Shown here: positions 42,718 through 56,467 of the stretch, piece by piece
Layout: the number at the start of each line of letters is the position of its first letter
Numbering within the stretch: position 1 is the stretch's first letter
NCBI GenBank assembly: GCA_040954595.2
Contig: CM082584.2
Coordinates: 10,940,552 to 11,004,551, forward strand
Reading direction: 5' to 3'
Length of the DNA stretch: 64,000 nt
Source of the DNA: Balanoglossus misakiensis
Taxonomy: Eukaryota; Animalia; Hemichordata
Position numbers and translations under genes: made by a program
Notes under the pieces: model-generated
What the model was told of the DNA's origin: nothing
What the model saw: the letters and a program-made list of their open reading frames with translations, nothing else
The model's database searches: none

Positions 42718-45700
42718 TCAGGCTCTGATGTCACTTGCTGGGGTTGCCATGGTACCTTCATCAACAGGTGGCTCTATGGCTGGGCCTACAGCGCCCTCTA
42801 AGATGCTATCTCTGTCATGTGTCTGGAAGTTCAAAGGTCAGATTCATTTTTTTAACAAACAAGGGTGTCATCATCATCATCATCGAGGCGGCAAATACTC
42901 TGAATGAGAACAATAAATCAAGCTGGAAAAGTTCTTTGTAATAAAGCTACAGTGGCTAATAAAACACCAACAGATTCAAATGTTTCATCCATCACTGAAA
43001 CTTTGATATGTTTGACCAAGTTTTAAGGCTTACATAGAATCATAATGACATCTACTAATAATACTTTATATTATCACACACATAATAATTTGATGAATGA
43101 ATGAATACGTAATAACTTGCTGTCTAACTGACATACATGTTCATAATTTAAATTTAAATGAAGTAATATGACTGTCAGGTAAGATTATAAAACTATGTCT
43201 GACTCCACATGGAATACTTGAAGTACAGTTTGTTATAAGTAAACACATATATAAAACATATAAATCTCTTGTTTCAGGTTTACTAATGCTATTAAGTCCT
43301 AAACAACTGCCTCAGGCAGTCTCTTTGTTTCCTAAAAAGCTGATTTTGTTCTTTACAAGGGAAAGGGTGGTATGTCATTGTAAGGATGAGGTCAATAGAC
43401 AGAGTGACTACAAATCCTTATTTTTCCCCAAAAGGTTTAGGATTGTGAATGACAGAGAGGGGGCAACTGCTAGACAGCAGCGGGAGGAGGAGACTGTAAG
43501 AGAACAGAGGAGAGAGAGAGAGAGAGAAAGAGAAAAAAAATATTAGAGAAATAAGGCCTTGTTCCCCCAGAATAGGTGCATAACATTTATCACACACTGA
43601 AAGATATGCATGCAAAACAAGTACAACCAACAATACAGCTGTTCCTGTCCATCTTGAATCAGATATGTGCAGTATGTGTTGATGTCTAGCTACAATGACT
43701 CAGTATAGTATGTGTCCTAACCCTTTCACCACTATGGTTAAGTCCAAACCCAATTGTTTTCTGTGGTAAGTTTGGACCTCTAAAGAGGGAACTGGGGGTG
43801 AAAGGGTTAAATCACTGCAATGGGCGGAAGGACTGTGCCATATCCCTTGGTTGGATTCAAGAAAAGCTGTATGAGAAGAAACACCAAGGGTGTGATTCGA
43901 GAACTCATCACAGATATAGAGAGAATGGATAGAAGATGGTGCAATAATGGCAAAGTGCAACTGGATGACAATCACAGTGATACAAACACTGTGTGCAAAC
44001 ACACACAAGACAGATCAATGCCACAAAATATCGCAACCAATATCACAAATAATAAAACAGAAACTTTGCAATGTCATTTGAGGGAAATCAAATCAAAACT
44101 CACATTTTCTTACAAAATGAAAGCACACAGAGTCTAAAAGACTACACTTGCTAAATCAGTTCCTATGATGCAATATTCCAACTCACCTGATCCAGCTCCA
44201 CTTCGTCACTCACAACTTGATTTTTCCCTTTCTTTTTTTCTAAATTATCCAGGGCTTCACTGCTATTTCTGACAAATTCCTACACGACAACATGAAAGAC
44301 AAGTTCCTCTGTGTTAATTCACATTATACCGGTAGTCTACGTAGACTTGTTAAAAGTACTACAGATGCCCCAGCTTATTTATATCCTTGTTATGGAAATC
44401 CGGATTCAAATATTCACCACAGCCTTCTTTTAAATACATACCATGAGATCTCTATCCATAAAGTACTCTTTACCAGGAGACCCATCGTTAACTCTGGCAT
44501 CTTCACAGAAACACAACAACAGTGAATCTATTGTCATCTGTCATAAAAACAAAACAATGGTATTTTGAGCATGGTGAGTTTCAGAATCTCACAATGGAAT
44601 TACAAGCACCAATTAACTTACCTTTACATGATAACTAGAGGAAGCTTAATTTCAACAGACTTTGAAAAGTTATAATCAGATAAAGAGAAAGTTGGAGTGA
44701 ACTTCTTTTGCAAGTATGGAAGAAAGGAAGTATCCAGAAATGAAACACGATCTTCAGAAATGTTTTAGAATAGTGTTAATTTGCAAAGTATTTAAATTTA
44801 CCATCATGAATAAGCAATGATTTCAATGTTGCAGTCTAACACATGGCAGGTCTCAAGATTTGAGTCAGGAGACAATATACATATCTGACTTTTACAGGTT
44901 AAGTGAGATGAAAGTCCACCATGAAACATAACCTTAGCCAGTTAAAAGCAGTGACCACGCACATGGTCAGTACAATGACACCAGCAGAATGGACCACCGC
45001 ACACAGAAGATGTCTATATCACCTGGACAGCGCAGGTTTAGTCTTACCTGATACACAGTAAAGAAACAATCTGCAATATAAAAGGCTAGAACACAGACCA
45101 ACAAAATTGGAACTGCATAAAACATTGCACCATCGTTGTTCTGTGTAGCCGGAAAAATAAACATAAAACAATTACAAATACAGTACAATTAAGATTATGA
45201 TAAAATTCGGCATCAGGAGCCATCTTGCAAAGGCAATGTTATGTTGTGGTTCTATATCAGTATAAACTGGCTGACAGAAAATGCAAAATTTGATCAAAGA
45301 TCAATTAATTACACACCACAACAACAAAGGCATTTGCAAGACGTCTCTTGGCCAGTGATTAATATCCATCACTATGATACTAACCTCATACGTGCTGAAG
45401 AAACCATGAGACAAGAGAAAGGCAAATATGCAGACAAGTAATATGGGTATGGCATAGTAGTTGAGTTCACCGTAACTCTAAGATGAATGAATGAAGCAAC
45501 ATGAAACGATGAGAATTGGTTTGAGTGATTTAAGACAGTGAATGATAAAGACAGGTTTTCATCTGTTGTTAAATTCTGAGTACTCTCTCATCAGTGATAA
45601 GACAGAGATATAGTTGCTAAAATGATCCCAGTTTTGCAGGAAACTAACATACACACGATATACTTTTATCTTCAATTTGGCTCATTAGAGGTTGGACCTC

Positions 45701-48700
45701 TAAAGAGGAAACTGGGGGTGAAATAGTTAATGAAGGTGTAATGCCGGGACTAAACTCACCCCAAAGATGGCCAGACCAATAAAAGCTGTGAGAGATACAA
45801 CAGCCAGTTTGCCAAGAAATAAAACGAAGTCTCCAACACAGTTGATGGCAGCCACTCTGAGTGCATTGGACACCAAAGTTATGAAGGCCTAAAGGAGATC
45901 AAAACAAAGAGCGATACCATTAAGAGTCATTCATCAACAATATCACCCAGTAAATGGTACAATCTAATGTAAATAAACCAACAATCACATAGACTGGTTC
46001 ATTCTCATAGCAAATATGTATTTGTCAGTCTGAGAATACACAGTAGCACACAGCAGAAATAGATTGTTTGGATAGCTCAGAATTATCCCAATTGTCCACT
46101 TCTGAATGTTTGTTCATTTACCTTTTGAGCCGCTGTGCAGAAATTACTGCCCTCTATGGCAATGGTTATGTAGGCGTTTTCATTCAGGTACTTCATACAC
46201 TTTTCAAAGCACCACAAACAACAAGACAAGCAGGTCAGAATCCACTGGGCAACCTTGGAAGTACTGTCTTTCAACCTGAAATGAAAAAAGAAAATTCTCA
46301 GAATCTCACCAGTTCACAGTTAATATTGGTGAATGAAAGCAGAATGTGTTCAAAGACATCTTCTAGCTTGTACAGAAATGTAACACTCTACTTCTCTCCT
46401 CCTCTCTAAAAATACATCAAACTTACTTGGCTTGGGTGTAGGCTAGAATGGCTCTGGGAATCTTGATCAATGTGATGATGAAGGCACCCAATATCATGGA
46501 CCCAAGATGGTAACTGATCAGTCGACCGATGGATTTCAAAATTGGCGATCGGAAGTACTGTTTGTCTCTATAGGTAAAGTCACAAAAAAGTCAAAACCAA
46601 AAAGCAGTAAATATCTATATTCACATCAGAGGTAACAGACTGTGAGAAGTTACAGCGTGCATTGTCGTTATTCATACAATACACTTTTCCAACCTATTTG
46701 AGGGATACTCATCCTGATTGCAAATTAGTCAATAGTGTTGATCAGATCATAAACAATCATTGATGGAAGCCAAGCTTCATTTCACTGCATTTTACCTTGT
46801 GAAATAGTACTCTGTAACACAGGAAGCGATGACAAACTGTTGACAGGCCAGGATAAATTCACAGGTCCAGAACAAGCCAATCAGATGATACCACCAGAAG
46901 TATTTCACCGGATCTGGTTCCTCATAGCTGACAAAACCAGTCAGTGGATCTCTCTTGGGTTCGCCTGAGACAAGAGGAAAATATGCACAATCACTGAAAA
47001 TCACATTGACCCCCTGGTGACCTCTGATGGGTTACATTCCTGTACTATATTGTCTTTTCTATCACCACCCTTATCATACACATATAACATGACCTGTCTC
47101 TCTTACCTGCGGTTGACATGAAGACCAACACAACACACCAATATGCCATGAACAGAATCAGAATGGCAAAAGTCCACAGAGGCTGCAGCAGTACCAACGG
47201 CATATGACTCAACGCTTTGCCAGCTTGATGAAATAGTTCTATGGTGAACGCGATTCTCTTCCTCATCACCAGAATTATCAAAAGTAATATCAGCTGCGAG
47301 GAGAAACAAAGAGAAATTTCTGAGCACCGCCACAGACAGTTCAAGACATGATGACATCAAGTGTACACACAATTGTATTCTGGACTTCTTTCGTGTCCGT
47401 CGTAACTGTTGCTACGGTTACTAAACACCATCACTATGACATACTTACTGTGAAGACTGTAGCTATGATGGAGTAGATGAGGAAAGCCTGAACATTGCTT
47501 GTCTGTGAATCCAGTCTTTCCTCTTCCGGTACTTTATCCAACGCTGACTTCCTTTTCCCGTAATTCCACCACAAGACCACCGTTGCAACTGCAAAGTTGA
47601 AAAGAAACATTTTCTAGACGGATTGGACCACAAAAAAGACCAGGCAGTACTTGCTCATTGGACCCACAACCAATTTTATGCACAAACTATTTACATCCAG
47701 GGGATTCAATCTTGGCAATTAACACCTTGGTGCTGTACGTAGTACACACAATTGGATACTAACCTATAGATCCAATGGCAGCTAATGCTAGGATCAACCA
47801 GACTATGATGGATGCTAGAAATCGGATCACAAATACCATTATCACAGAAATAACTGAAATACAAAAAGGTAAAACAAGCAATGAGTCAACACCACATTTA
47901 TCGACGATGTATGCTTGAAGATTCTAAATAATCAACAGCACCTTCTTAAAAAATCACAATATCACGACAGTATATTTGTACTTACCAAACGCAATCAGAC
48001 AAAGCCCCAGGATTTCGTACCTAGCTACATACAGATCTGCAATGACTTTATTGAAGACATCAGCTGCATTCAGCCAGTCGGCAATGTTGTCTAGGTAACC
48101 GCTCAGTGCTTCTTGGATGTTGTTTGGGATACATCGATTTATCACTGGTTTACTGCAAGATCAAGTCAATTCAGGGCCCTTAATTCAGGAAAATTGTAAC
48201 ACCAAGAATGCTTACAGTACTGAGCCTTTTACTCTTTATGCCTGATGCTGGTTCAACAAACACATTTTACAATAATACTTATGCATTCTCAGCAACTTAC
48301 CTACTCCAAACTGGTGTCACAGGACAAGGCCCTGTTCTGTCTTGCTCTGAGCTATCGTACGCCTGTGGTTCAAAGTCATATCGGCAAAGACTGGATCCGG
48401 AGCTCTCGGAAAAATCCAGGACAGCATCAATATCCTCCAGGTCTGTATCCGGACATTTACTGACGCAGAGTTCGAGTGACTCGGATGGGCTGGTAACATC
48501 CATGAAAAATACATATCTGAAAAAAGAGAATTTATAAGATCAGCAATATAGAATTCAGTCTGTTGATCAGTAAAAGAATGAGAAAACAGTAATGGTATAT
48601 GTATCGATAAATTCCACTTGTCCAATACTTACGGTTTTCCCGTCATGTCCATACCAGAGAAAGGGACATCTGGAATGGTCGGGTTCTTTTTATTACAGAC

Positions 48701-51700
48701 GTTACCATAACTATCATATCCATACACCAGTCTTTCTACATTGCCAGTTGTGAATGCATATGCCGCTATGTACAACTGAGGAAATAAGAAATAGCAGTAG
48801 AGTTACATTGACAGACAGAAGACAATCGTTGGCCTTTAAATGAACTATCTGCACTGTGGAAAATGATCTCTTCTGCACTTCCACTGTGTCATTACAAATT
48901 TCTTTCATTGGCAAATACCAAGCATACTGATATCAATATTTTGACTGCATTCCACTGGCCACTATAGCTGCATTCATTAAATAAGGCTTCCAGTTTTAGA
49001 AATACAGAATATAAACCACTAGCTTGGCTTCCAAACATTCCAGCCATTGTTCATAGATTTTCTCATCACACTGACATTTTGTTCGCTGATACTTTATTGA
49101 ATTGGGATCAGAATTTTGTGCTGGCAACATATTTGGTATGCACTGAAAATTAAAGTACGGATGAAACAGAATCTTCCATCCATTATATGTACATTTATAC
49201 TAGCTTACAAGTTTGTCATGATTTGAGAAGTGTCTGTCAGGAAGTCTCATTGTACAGTCACTGTCTAGCCCTGTCCTGTAATAAAATTCATATATACCGG
49301 TAAATCTACTACATGTTTACCATGTCAATTGACCACAGTGGATGTTTGAGTGAGGCCGCACACACTGTTCTTTTTAATATCACCACAAAACATGACATAA
49401 AACTGACAGGAAGTTGTTAGACATAACTTTATCACTGGGAGTGACCTTGATGTTCCAGACAGCTATTCGATTAGAATCGGAATGCTCAACTGAGTGCCAA
49501 GTACTCTATACTCAGACTGAGATATCACATTAAGCACTCAGCACTTTTATGCATGCAAACAAGGGTGATGATGCTTACCATACCACACCAGAAGAGAATG
49601 AAGATGACCACACAGGTGCAATCTGTACACTGCCTCTGTGCAAGTGGTGTCCAATTGCTTCCCTCAGGTTTCTGAAAAACGATAAAACATAATATCTAGA
49701 TTTAATAATTGCATGCAAGATTTTGGCCGAGATACGAACATATGTGTGGGCCATATAAGTGAGACTTGGTTGAATTCAGGTCTGTCATCTGAGGAGTGCT
49801 TAGCAAGCTACTGTTGTATATCAGTGAAGTCATTATTTACATTCCTGGGGCAATTACACCACTTTGGCGATAGAGTTTCAGCCATCTCCATTTCAAGGGT
49901 TGAAAAATGGCTTAAGTTAAAAAGCCCTTTAGGTAACGAAGGGCTGCTAGCATACTGTAGTACAAAACGTGTTGAACCTCAAGTCACAAAGTCTGGCTAT
50001 GGTATGGAAATACATCCTTTTTGCAGCTACTGATGAAAAAATCAATACATGTGAACTTAAATGGCATGTTCCTATGGCAACTGTGTAATCAAGACTTCAG
50101 TTCGTGAATACAAATAACTGTATATAAGCTACATAATGTGCACGGTACATCTGGTCAACATTGACAGACATTTCTTTGGCAAATTAAATTCACATTGGGA
50201 TAATTTGCTCTGTAATTAATATGGTGATGACATCAGAGTCTAAACATTGGTATTACTCTTGTCAAAAATATCATAACATATTAGAATTTAAAAGCCTATA
50301 TTGAAGCAACAATTTCACATTACTTACATTAACTAGGGAAATAGCACTTCTAAAGCCATCTTACTTCATAAATTCCATCAGGCATGATAATTCCAAAGCA
50401 ACGAAGACAAGAAATTGAAAAATAACAGAGTCCTACCTCTGATATTCTTCTCTGAAGTTCTCTCACTTTTGTACAACAGTCGTTGTAAGTTTCCGATAAA
50501 GACCTCTCAAGCACCATTTTTAAAATTTACAGGAACAAGTATTTACAATTATTGGAAGACGCAAAAATATACAGAAAAGAGACGGACAGATTCTCCTCAA
50601 ATGTACTCTACAAGGACACTGACTTGGTGTGACGTCTTGAGAAACAACATATCCTCAAGTTACGAAGTGTGAGTCATACATTGGCTCCTTGCTATAAATA
50701 TCCGAAACAACATTATCCGACATGAGTCATTCACACTGGCATCCTCCAAGCAATACTGATCAGAATGGCTGCTTTTCAAAACTGAAAAGGGTAGAAATAT
50801 CATTTTAATTTCAATCAGTGTATTTGGAATTAATTAAGATTCTTTCCAAAATGCATTTTGAGAAAAACTACATTCATCACATGATGGTATTGATTTTTAT
50901 CCTACATATTTAATATCGTCATAATCTTAGCCTGCCGATGCATGTGTACATGTTTAGGTATTTTGCGATGGTATTCCTGACAGCCCCGCAAGTCAAATGG
51001 AATAGTCTGCATTTAATCAAGGATGTGTTGAGAGTATTCAAGGACAGTGATGAACAGGTGACAATCTTTGTCATATCTCATTTTCTCTTCAAGAAAGAGA
51101 TAATTCACAAAATTTGCAAATGGCGATCATTCTTATGTTTTCCTCAAATGAAATATCTGCTTATAAAATAGACAGAACTTTTCTTGTACCATCAAGACAG
51201 CGTTGCTAGTTTCATCTTTTTCCTAATAAATTGTTCATTTTGATTTCACTGTGCAATCATTTTGCATTAATACACAAATCAGTTTTGCATTAATATCATA
51301 CATATATCAAAAGTTTTTTATCAGTATTGAGTGTATTGCTGTTGCTGGTCACTGATGTTTTTTGCTGACTGGTATTTTTCTCTTGCCTGGTTTAATTCAG
51401 ACTTGATCTCACCTGAAATTAGCCAATAAAACGTAATCAACTCTTAATGACTCAGCTGTCTCTGGCACACCTGTGACCGGGTTAAGAACGACCCTGTCTG
51501 ACTTCACAGCAAATCTTTGGGAATTCAGTTAAAGTTAACCTCCTAATCTTCATCAGTATGCGTGGCAAATAAACACAGAGCTCCTGAAATTCCACAAATA
51601 AAATGGATATCTGCAAGGAGAGATCCGTGTGTTGTAAATGTCCCTTTGGTGATTGCTTGGCCTATGTGGGATTGGACTGTAAATATCTTTTAGCGGTTTT

Positions 51701-53417
51701 GCGAGTACGTGGAAACATGTCTGCATTTCCCGATTTAAACTGTTACAGTGATTCATCAACAAGGTTACAGAATACAGAATGAGACGGCTGAGGTGAATGT
51801 ACAACAGACGTTTCAATGCATACATAACATTGGGTTTTTGTACTGCCCTGCTGGATGTAATTTTCAATCCTGCCATTGGTGGCGTCCTTGGGTCAAATGA
51901 CAATTTTCGATTCCTAGTGTCATATGCTGCCATCTGGAGTACATAATGAGGCACGGAGAGTTATTCCGGAAGGTATTCAATGAATGTACAACTCACAAAC
52001 ATGACCTGTACCAACAAATCAACCTAAGTACGGTAGCTCTGATATAAATATGTCAATGATGTTGACAAGAATATTGGACATTACAATGGTTACAGTACCC
52101 GTATTCTAAAGCAATATATGTTCAGTACACAGGAAATTAATTTATACTGAAATAAATCAAACCCTTAGAGAGAAAGGATCACTTTCCAGCGTCACATCCG
52201 GCCTGCAGTATAAATCATAATTTTACTTGTATTTAAGTCCGATCAGTTTGTACAAAGTTCAAAGCGGTAGAGATTTATCTAGAATGGGTGCATTTTATAA
52301 CAACTTTGGCCTGGGAACCAATTCTTGCGGCATCAAGCCTTAACAGTATAATCACAAGTGCATGGAGCCTGCTTCACATCAAATGACTGTATCAAAAAAT
52401 AGAATTCAAAATACCCAGCCAAAACACAAATGAGACGGCTGACCATACTGTAGTTGAGACTCGAGATAATACCATATATTCACATGAAGCTCACAGCATT
52501 TTCTTAGAACGCAAAATATGACAGTTTGCCAATCGCCATGCGACGTCAATGTCAAAAGTTGGTACATACCACCTTCCATCTCACCATCCTTTAAGCACTG
52601 TCACAGAACGAACATCACGAAAACGAGTAATAGGCACAATTTTTCAGACAAATCAAAAGATTGCAAGGAAAGTCAACTACATGTACATGCAAGTCCTGAA
52701 TGTAAGTTGTTTCCACATACCACAGAATTTTACAGACATCACAGCATGAAATTAATTGGTCCTTAAAGGTATATAGTCATGTACATATCATTCCCACTGA
52801 CGTGCCCCCGCCATCTGTTATTGTTCACATTAAGTGATCAATTAAGATATACCCAGTAATGCAACTAAAAATAAAAATAAATTCAACCATCATTAATTTG
52901 CCTTAGCCTGTAGACATTTCTTATTTGTATTTTACAAAATCATTGTGCATTGTGCTATAATCTTTGCAATACAACAAAAATTATGGAAAATGCATACTTC
53001 AACACAAAACTTAAGGTTACACTCAAAGGGCAATTTTACACATTGGGTAAATACCATAAATTGACCACTGTTTCAACTTTAATATCTGATCATCTCTGAG
53101 ACCACGCCCCCTCCCTGTCACACACTGACTGCTTACTGATGCAGTTCAAGTAACTTATGTATATAGGTCTATAAATAATAAATGTGATTATGATAAATGC
53201 CAAACGATAGCTGATAACAAACAAATGCTGCAAGTCAACCTAGTCATGTTTGGTTACGAGTTATCCAGGTCTGCTGAATGTACTACACAAACATGTACTA
53301 TTTTATTAATTTTGCGGTCAGTTATATTTTGGCATATCATCAAGCATGCATGACTGCATGGTTGTTTCAGGTACTCACCACTTCTTCCTGTCGACAGCAG
53401 CACCACGACAGCACCAT
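42718..53417 (-). CDS. SLC44A1: Choline transporter-like protein 1 (SLC44A1/CTL1-like), multi-exon with alternative exons
   Basis: First coding exon [13 protein letters not shown] (53379-53417); [12 protein letters not shown]; GYDSYGNVC; LCVSKCP; [17 protein letters not shown]; [21 protein letters not shown]; YHLGSMIFGAFII; [19 protein letters not shown]; [20 protein letters not shown]; [11 protein letters not shown]. Confidence 0.9.
43717..43810. mobile_element. piggyBac-like MITE, copy 4
   Basis: CTAA-CCCTTTCACC...GGTGAAAGGG-TTAA. Confidence 0.8.
45689..45730. mobile_element. piggyBac-like MITE, partial copy 5 (right half)
   Basis: aggttggacctctaaagaggaaactgggggtgaaatagttaa matches the right half of the family. 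Confidence 0.65.
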
Positions 53418-56400
53418 TTTTAAAAACGATTTTCGCACTTCAACCAATCCAAAGTCCAATGCAATGTTCTTCAGCAAACAACTTCAATCTTGAATCAGCT
53501 TCCTTTGATCTAGTCAACACACAAGATATAAAACTGGATTTTATAGGTCTTTTAAAAATGCAGTATTGATATATTCTTTAACAATTCAGAGAGATGCATC
53601 ATGATTATTAGAACCACCATTGACTGGACAAATACAGAAGAATGGCCAACGACTTGAGTATAATGCTGTCATAATATTGCATTTTCATTGACAAATAAAA
53701 TTTCTGCAGTATTTATCTAACCTACCGGACTGTGGGATTGGAAGCTACACCCAGCCTGAGAAGCACTCCAAATTTACACTGACCCCAATACATGTATTTG
53801 TGTAATTTCCAGCTCGAAATCAAGCAATTGTCTGGCATCTATAACACAGCTGTAAACTGTTACTCTTTCCTCCGAGTTTGTCCTTTACCACAAGGGCACA
53901 GACAGCATTGTCATAAGTTCTATATATAGCATTCCATTCTCTCTAATTATAGTATCGTGAACCCAATTACGTTGGCGAGGACAACAAATTTGACTGATTA
54001 GTGTTTGCATATGGTGTATAAAACACCAAGTGGTAGCACATATGCCTTTATTAATATTAACATCAATAATGATATCTTTCCAATTTTACTGTTCTTTATA
54101 AACTATAAAATGCAAGTAAAAGCAAAAAGACTACCAACTTTCTGTGTACATGTATTTTATTAAATGGTAAATTAAGCTGTAACCAATATTTAAAAAAAAA
54201 ATGTACATTTCACACAAAATGGTCAGCTGCTTTGGCAATAGACAACACTTAAAAACTTACCAAAAAGTCAAAATATTTAATATCATTTGACATGTACAAA
54301 TTAAAGTATAGGTTTTTTCCAATAATAAATGTGCTTTGCTTGGCATCTGTACAACTTTGTAACAAACCAGGCACTATACTGTGTATTTTTAATGATCTAC
54401 TTAATTATTCATATTCTCTTTTTAACAATGCGCTTGATGATTCTCATCTCTCTCTCCCCCCCCCCCCCCCAGATTATTTCATGCATCATGGTTCATGCAT
54501 GAAGCTAGCTATATCAAAGTTGTAAAATATCTGAGCCACATTTCATAATCCATGACAAAACCCCGAGAAAAACGCTACATCCAAAGAACTACATCCATCC
54601 CACAACATCAGGGACAGGGCGTAGCCAGGGGGTCAGGACACATACGCGTTATTTGTGTGACTCAGTGCCACACTGTTTCTATGGAAACCGGCCGCGTCGA
54701 TACCACAGCAGTTTCCTACGATAAACAATGTGTTTACAGGTTTTACAAGAAAGCATTTCGTTAGTTCCAGTGGCAACACTCGAACTGCAAATGTGTCGGC
54801 CATCGATCGTCAGTACAATAACACTAGACACTGAAAACAGTGCAGTGACCGTCGCGTCTGCATCACAGCTCACAGTGCTCCTGTGCGCATGTCTCCCTAG
54901 TAACTGATAGGTTTCTCATCGCCGATAAAGGATTATATACTACCTTTATTTAGACTGCAAAAGAACAAAGAACGCCTGATATTGTCCAGAAAATGATAGC
55001 AATGTGAACTTTCACTCACCTTTCTACATCTCTCAGTCTGTAGATGTAATCCTCCTACAGCTTTGAAAAAGTCACAAAGCTAGAGGGTCAATATTAAGGG
55101 CACTTTATTTGCGCGTGTGAGGGCGTGTGTGTGTGAAAGATTTAGGGGGGGGGCGGGGGATCACGAGAGTGTATAATTGTTTCAAAGAATATCATAGTTC
55201 CACATCATGTTGGCAATTATTAAAAATCAAAACAATTTTAATCTTTTAAAACTGATGTATCAGTCAAGTCTCCTCAGTAAATTCTCAATTTTGATTAGAG
55301 AAAAAATAGTTTTGCAATAATCATTTTGGTACCAGTAATCCCTGAGCTGGTACCAAAAAATCTGAACTGCTACGAATAATACTTCCATCACTTTTTATTT
55401 TCTGACACAGTCATCGCTCTCATAACAAAAACAAATTTGACAGACAGAATGCATTGATGATTAATTTATATTCTCAAAATAAAGTTACATTGTCAATAAA
55501 TAAAATCAGTCATAATTTTTCCCCCTGGCAATCTAATAAGGAATACAAAATTCTGTTGGAAATGTACACTACATAATAAGTTTTACTTCTACAGAAAATA
55601 AAAATATTACATTACATACAGGTAGATACATAAGTACATTTTCATTGTCAATTGCATGATTGATGCATGGTGTTAGTACTGAGATCAAATCAAAGCAAAA
55701 CATCAAATTATTAGCATATCTACACAAATGTCTCCCTTATTATTACCAGGATGTCATAAACCACTGAATCGATAGGATTTTTCTCCACCAAGTATACTAA
55801 ACCTCTTCTCTACACTAAACCTCATAAGCCCAGATTGTGATATTTGTATGATATATTCTTACTGTTTCAAACTGCTGATGGCAAGATACACAGACAGGGT
55901 TGAATAAATTATTTACAACGCCCTACATAACCGAAAAGCTGAATATAGCCTAAAAAGCACCAGTGACATGAAGTACATCCATAATGGTGACTCAGATGTA
56001 AATCACATAGCAGAGCACAAATCAATGAAAACAATTATGAATTCTTAACCTTTAGACACCAACAATATTTTTAGATAACATAGATTCCTTATCAGATCCA
56101 ATTTATTTGCTTTAATGGAAAATATACACACAGTATCACATATGACCATAATAAAATAAGTCTTTGGTGCATGGTATGCTTTCTCTTGTAAAATAGACTA
56201 GAATTTACTTTATTTTAATTTATTTTAGAGTTTTTACATGAATACCAATTCGAACTTAACTTAAGTACACATCAAGTTTCAAAGTAGAAGCAATAATTTT
56301 CATATTATTTAACAAATGAAACAGCTGGGAGATAGCGTATTTAATCATTTCACTTTTACTAAGCCTCTAATAAAGCACTCTAATAAAAGAAATGTTGACA

Positions 56401-56467
56401 TGTTCAAAGTGCAGACTTCTGACTGTCACACATGGCATCATGGGACATAATCATGCCATCCCATGAC

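Noticed and set aside
44965-45025. Possible intronic C/D snoRNA or extra exon on the minus strand
   Set aside because: The C box is degenerate (GTGATAT), the terminal stem is minimal, and the phase-0 reading stops at its third codon; kept only as possible splicing-regulatory structure.
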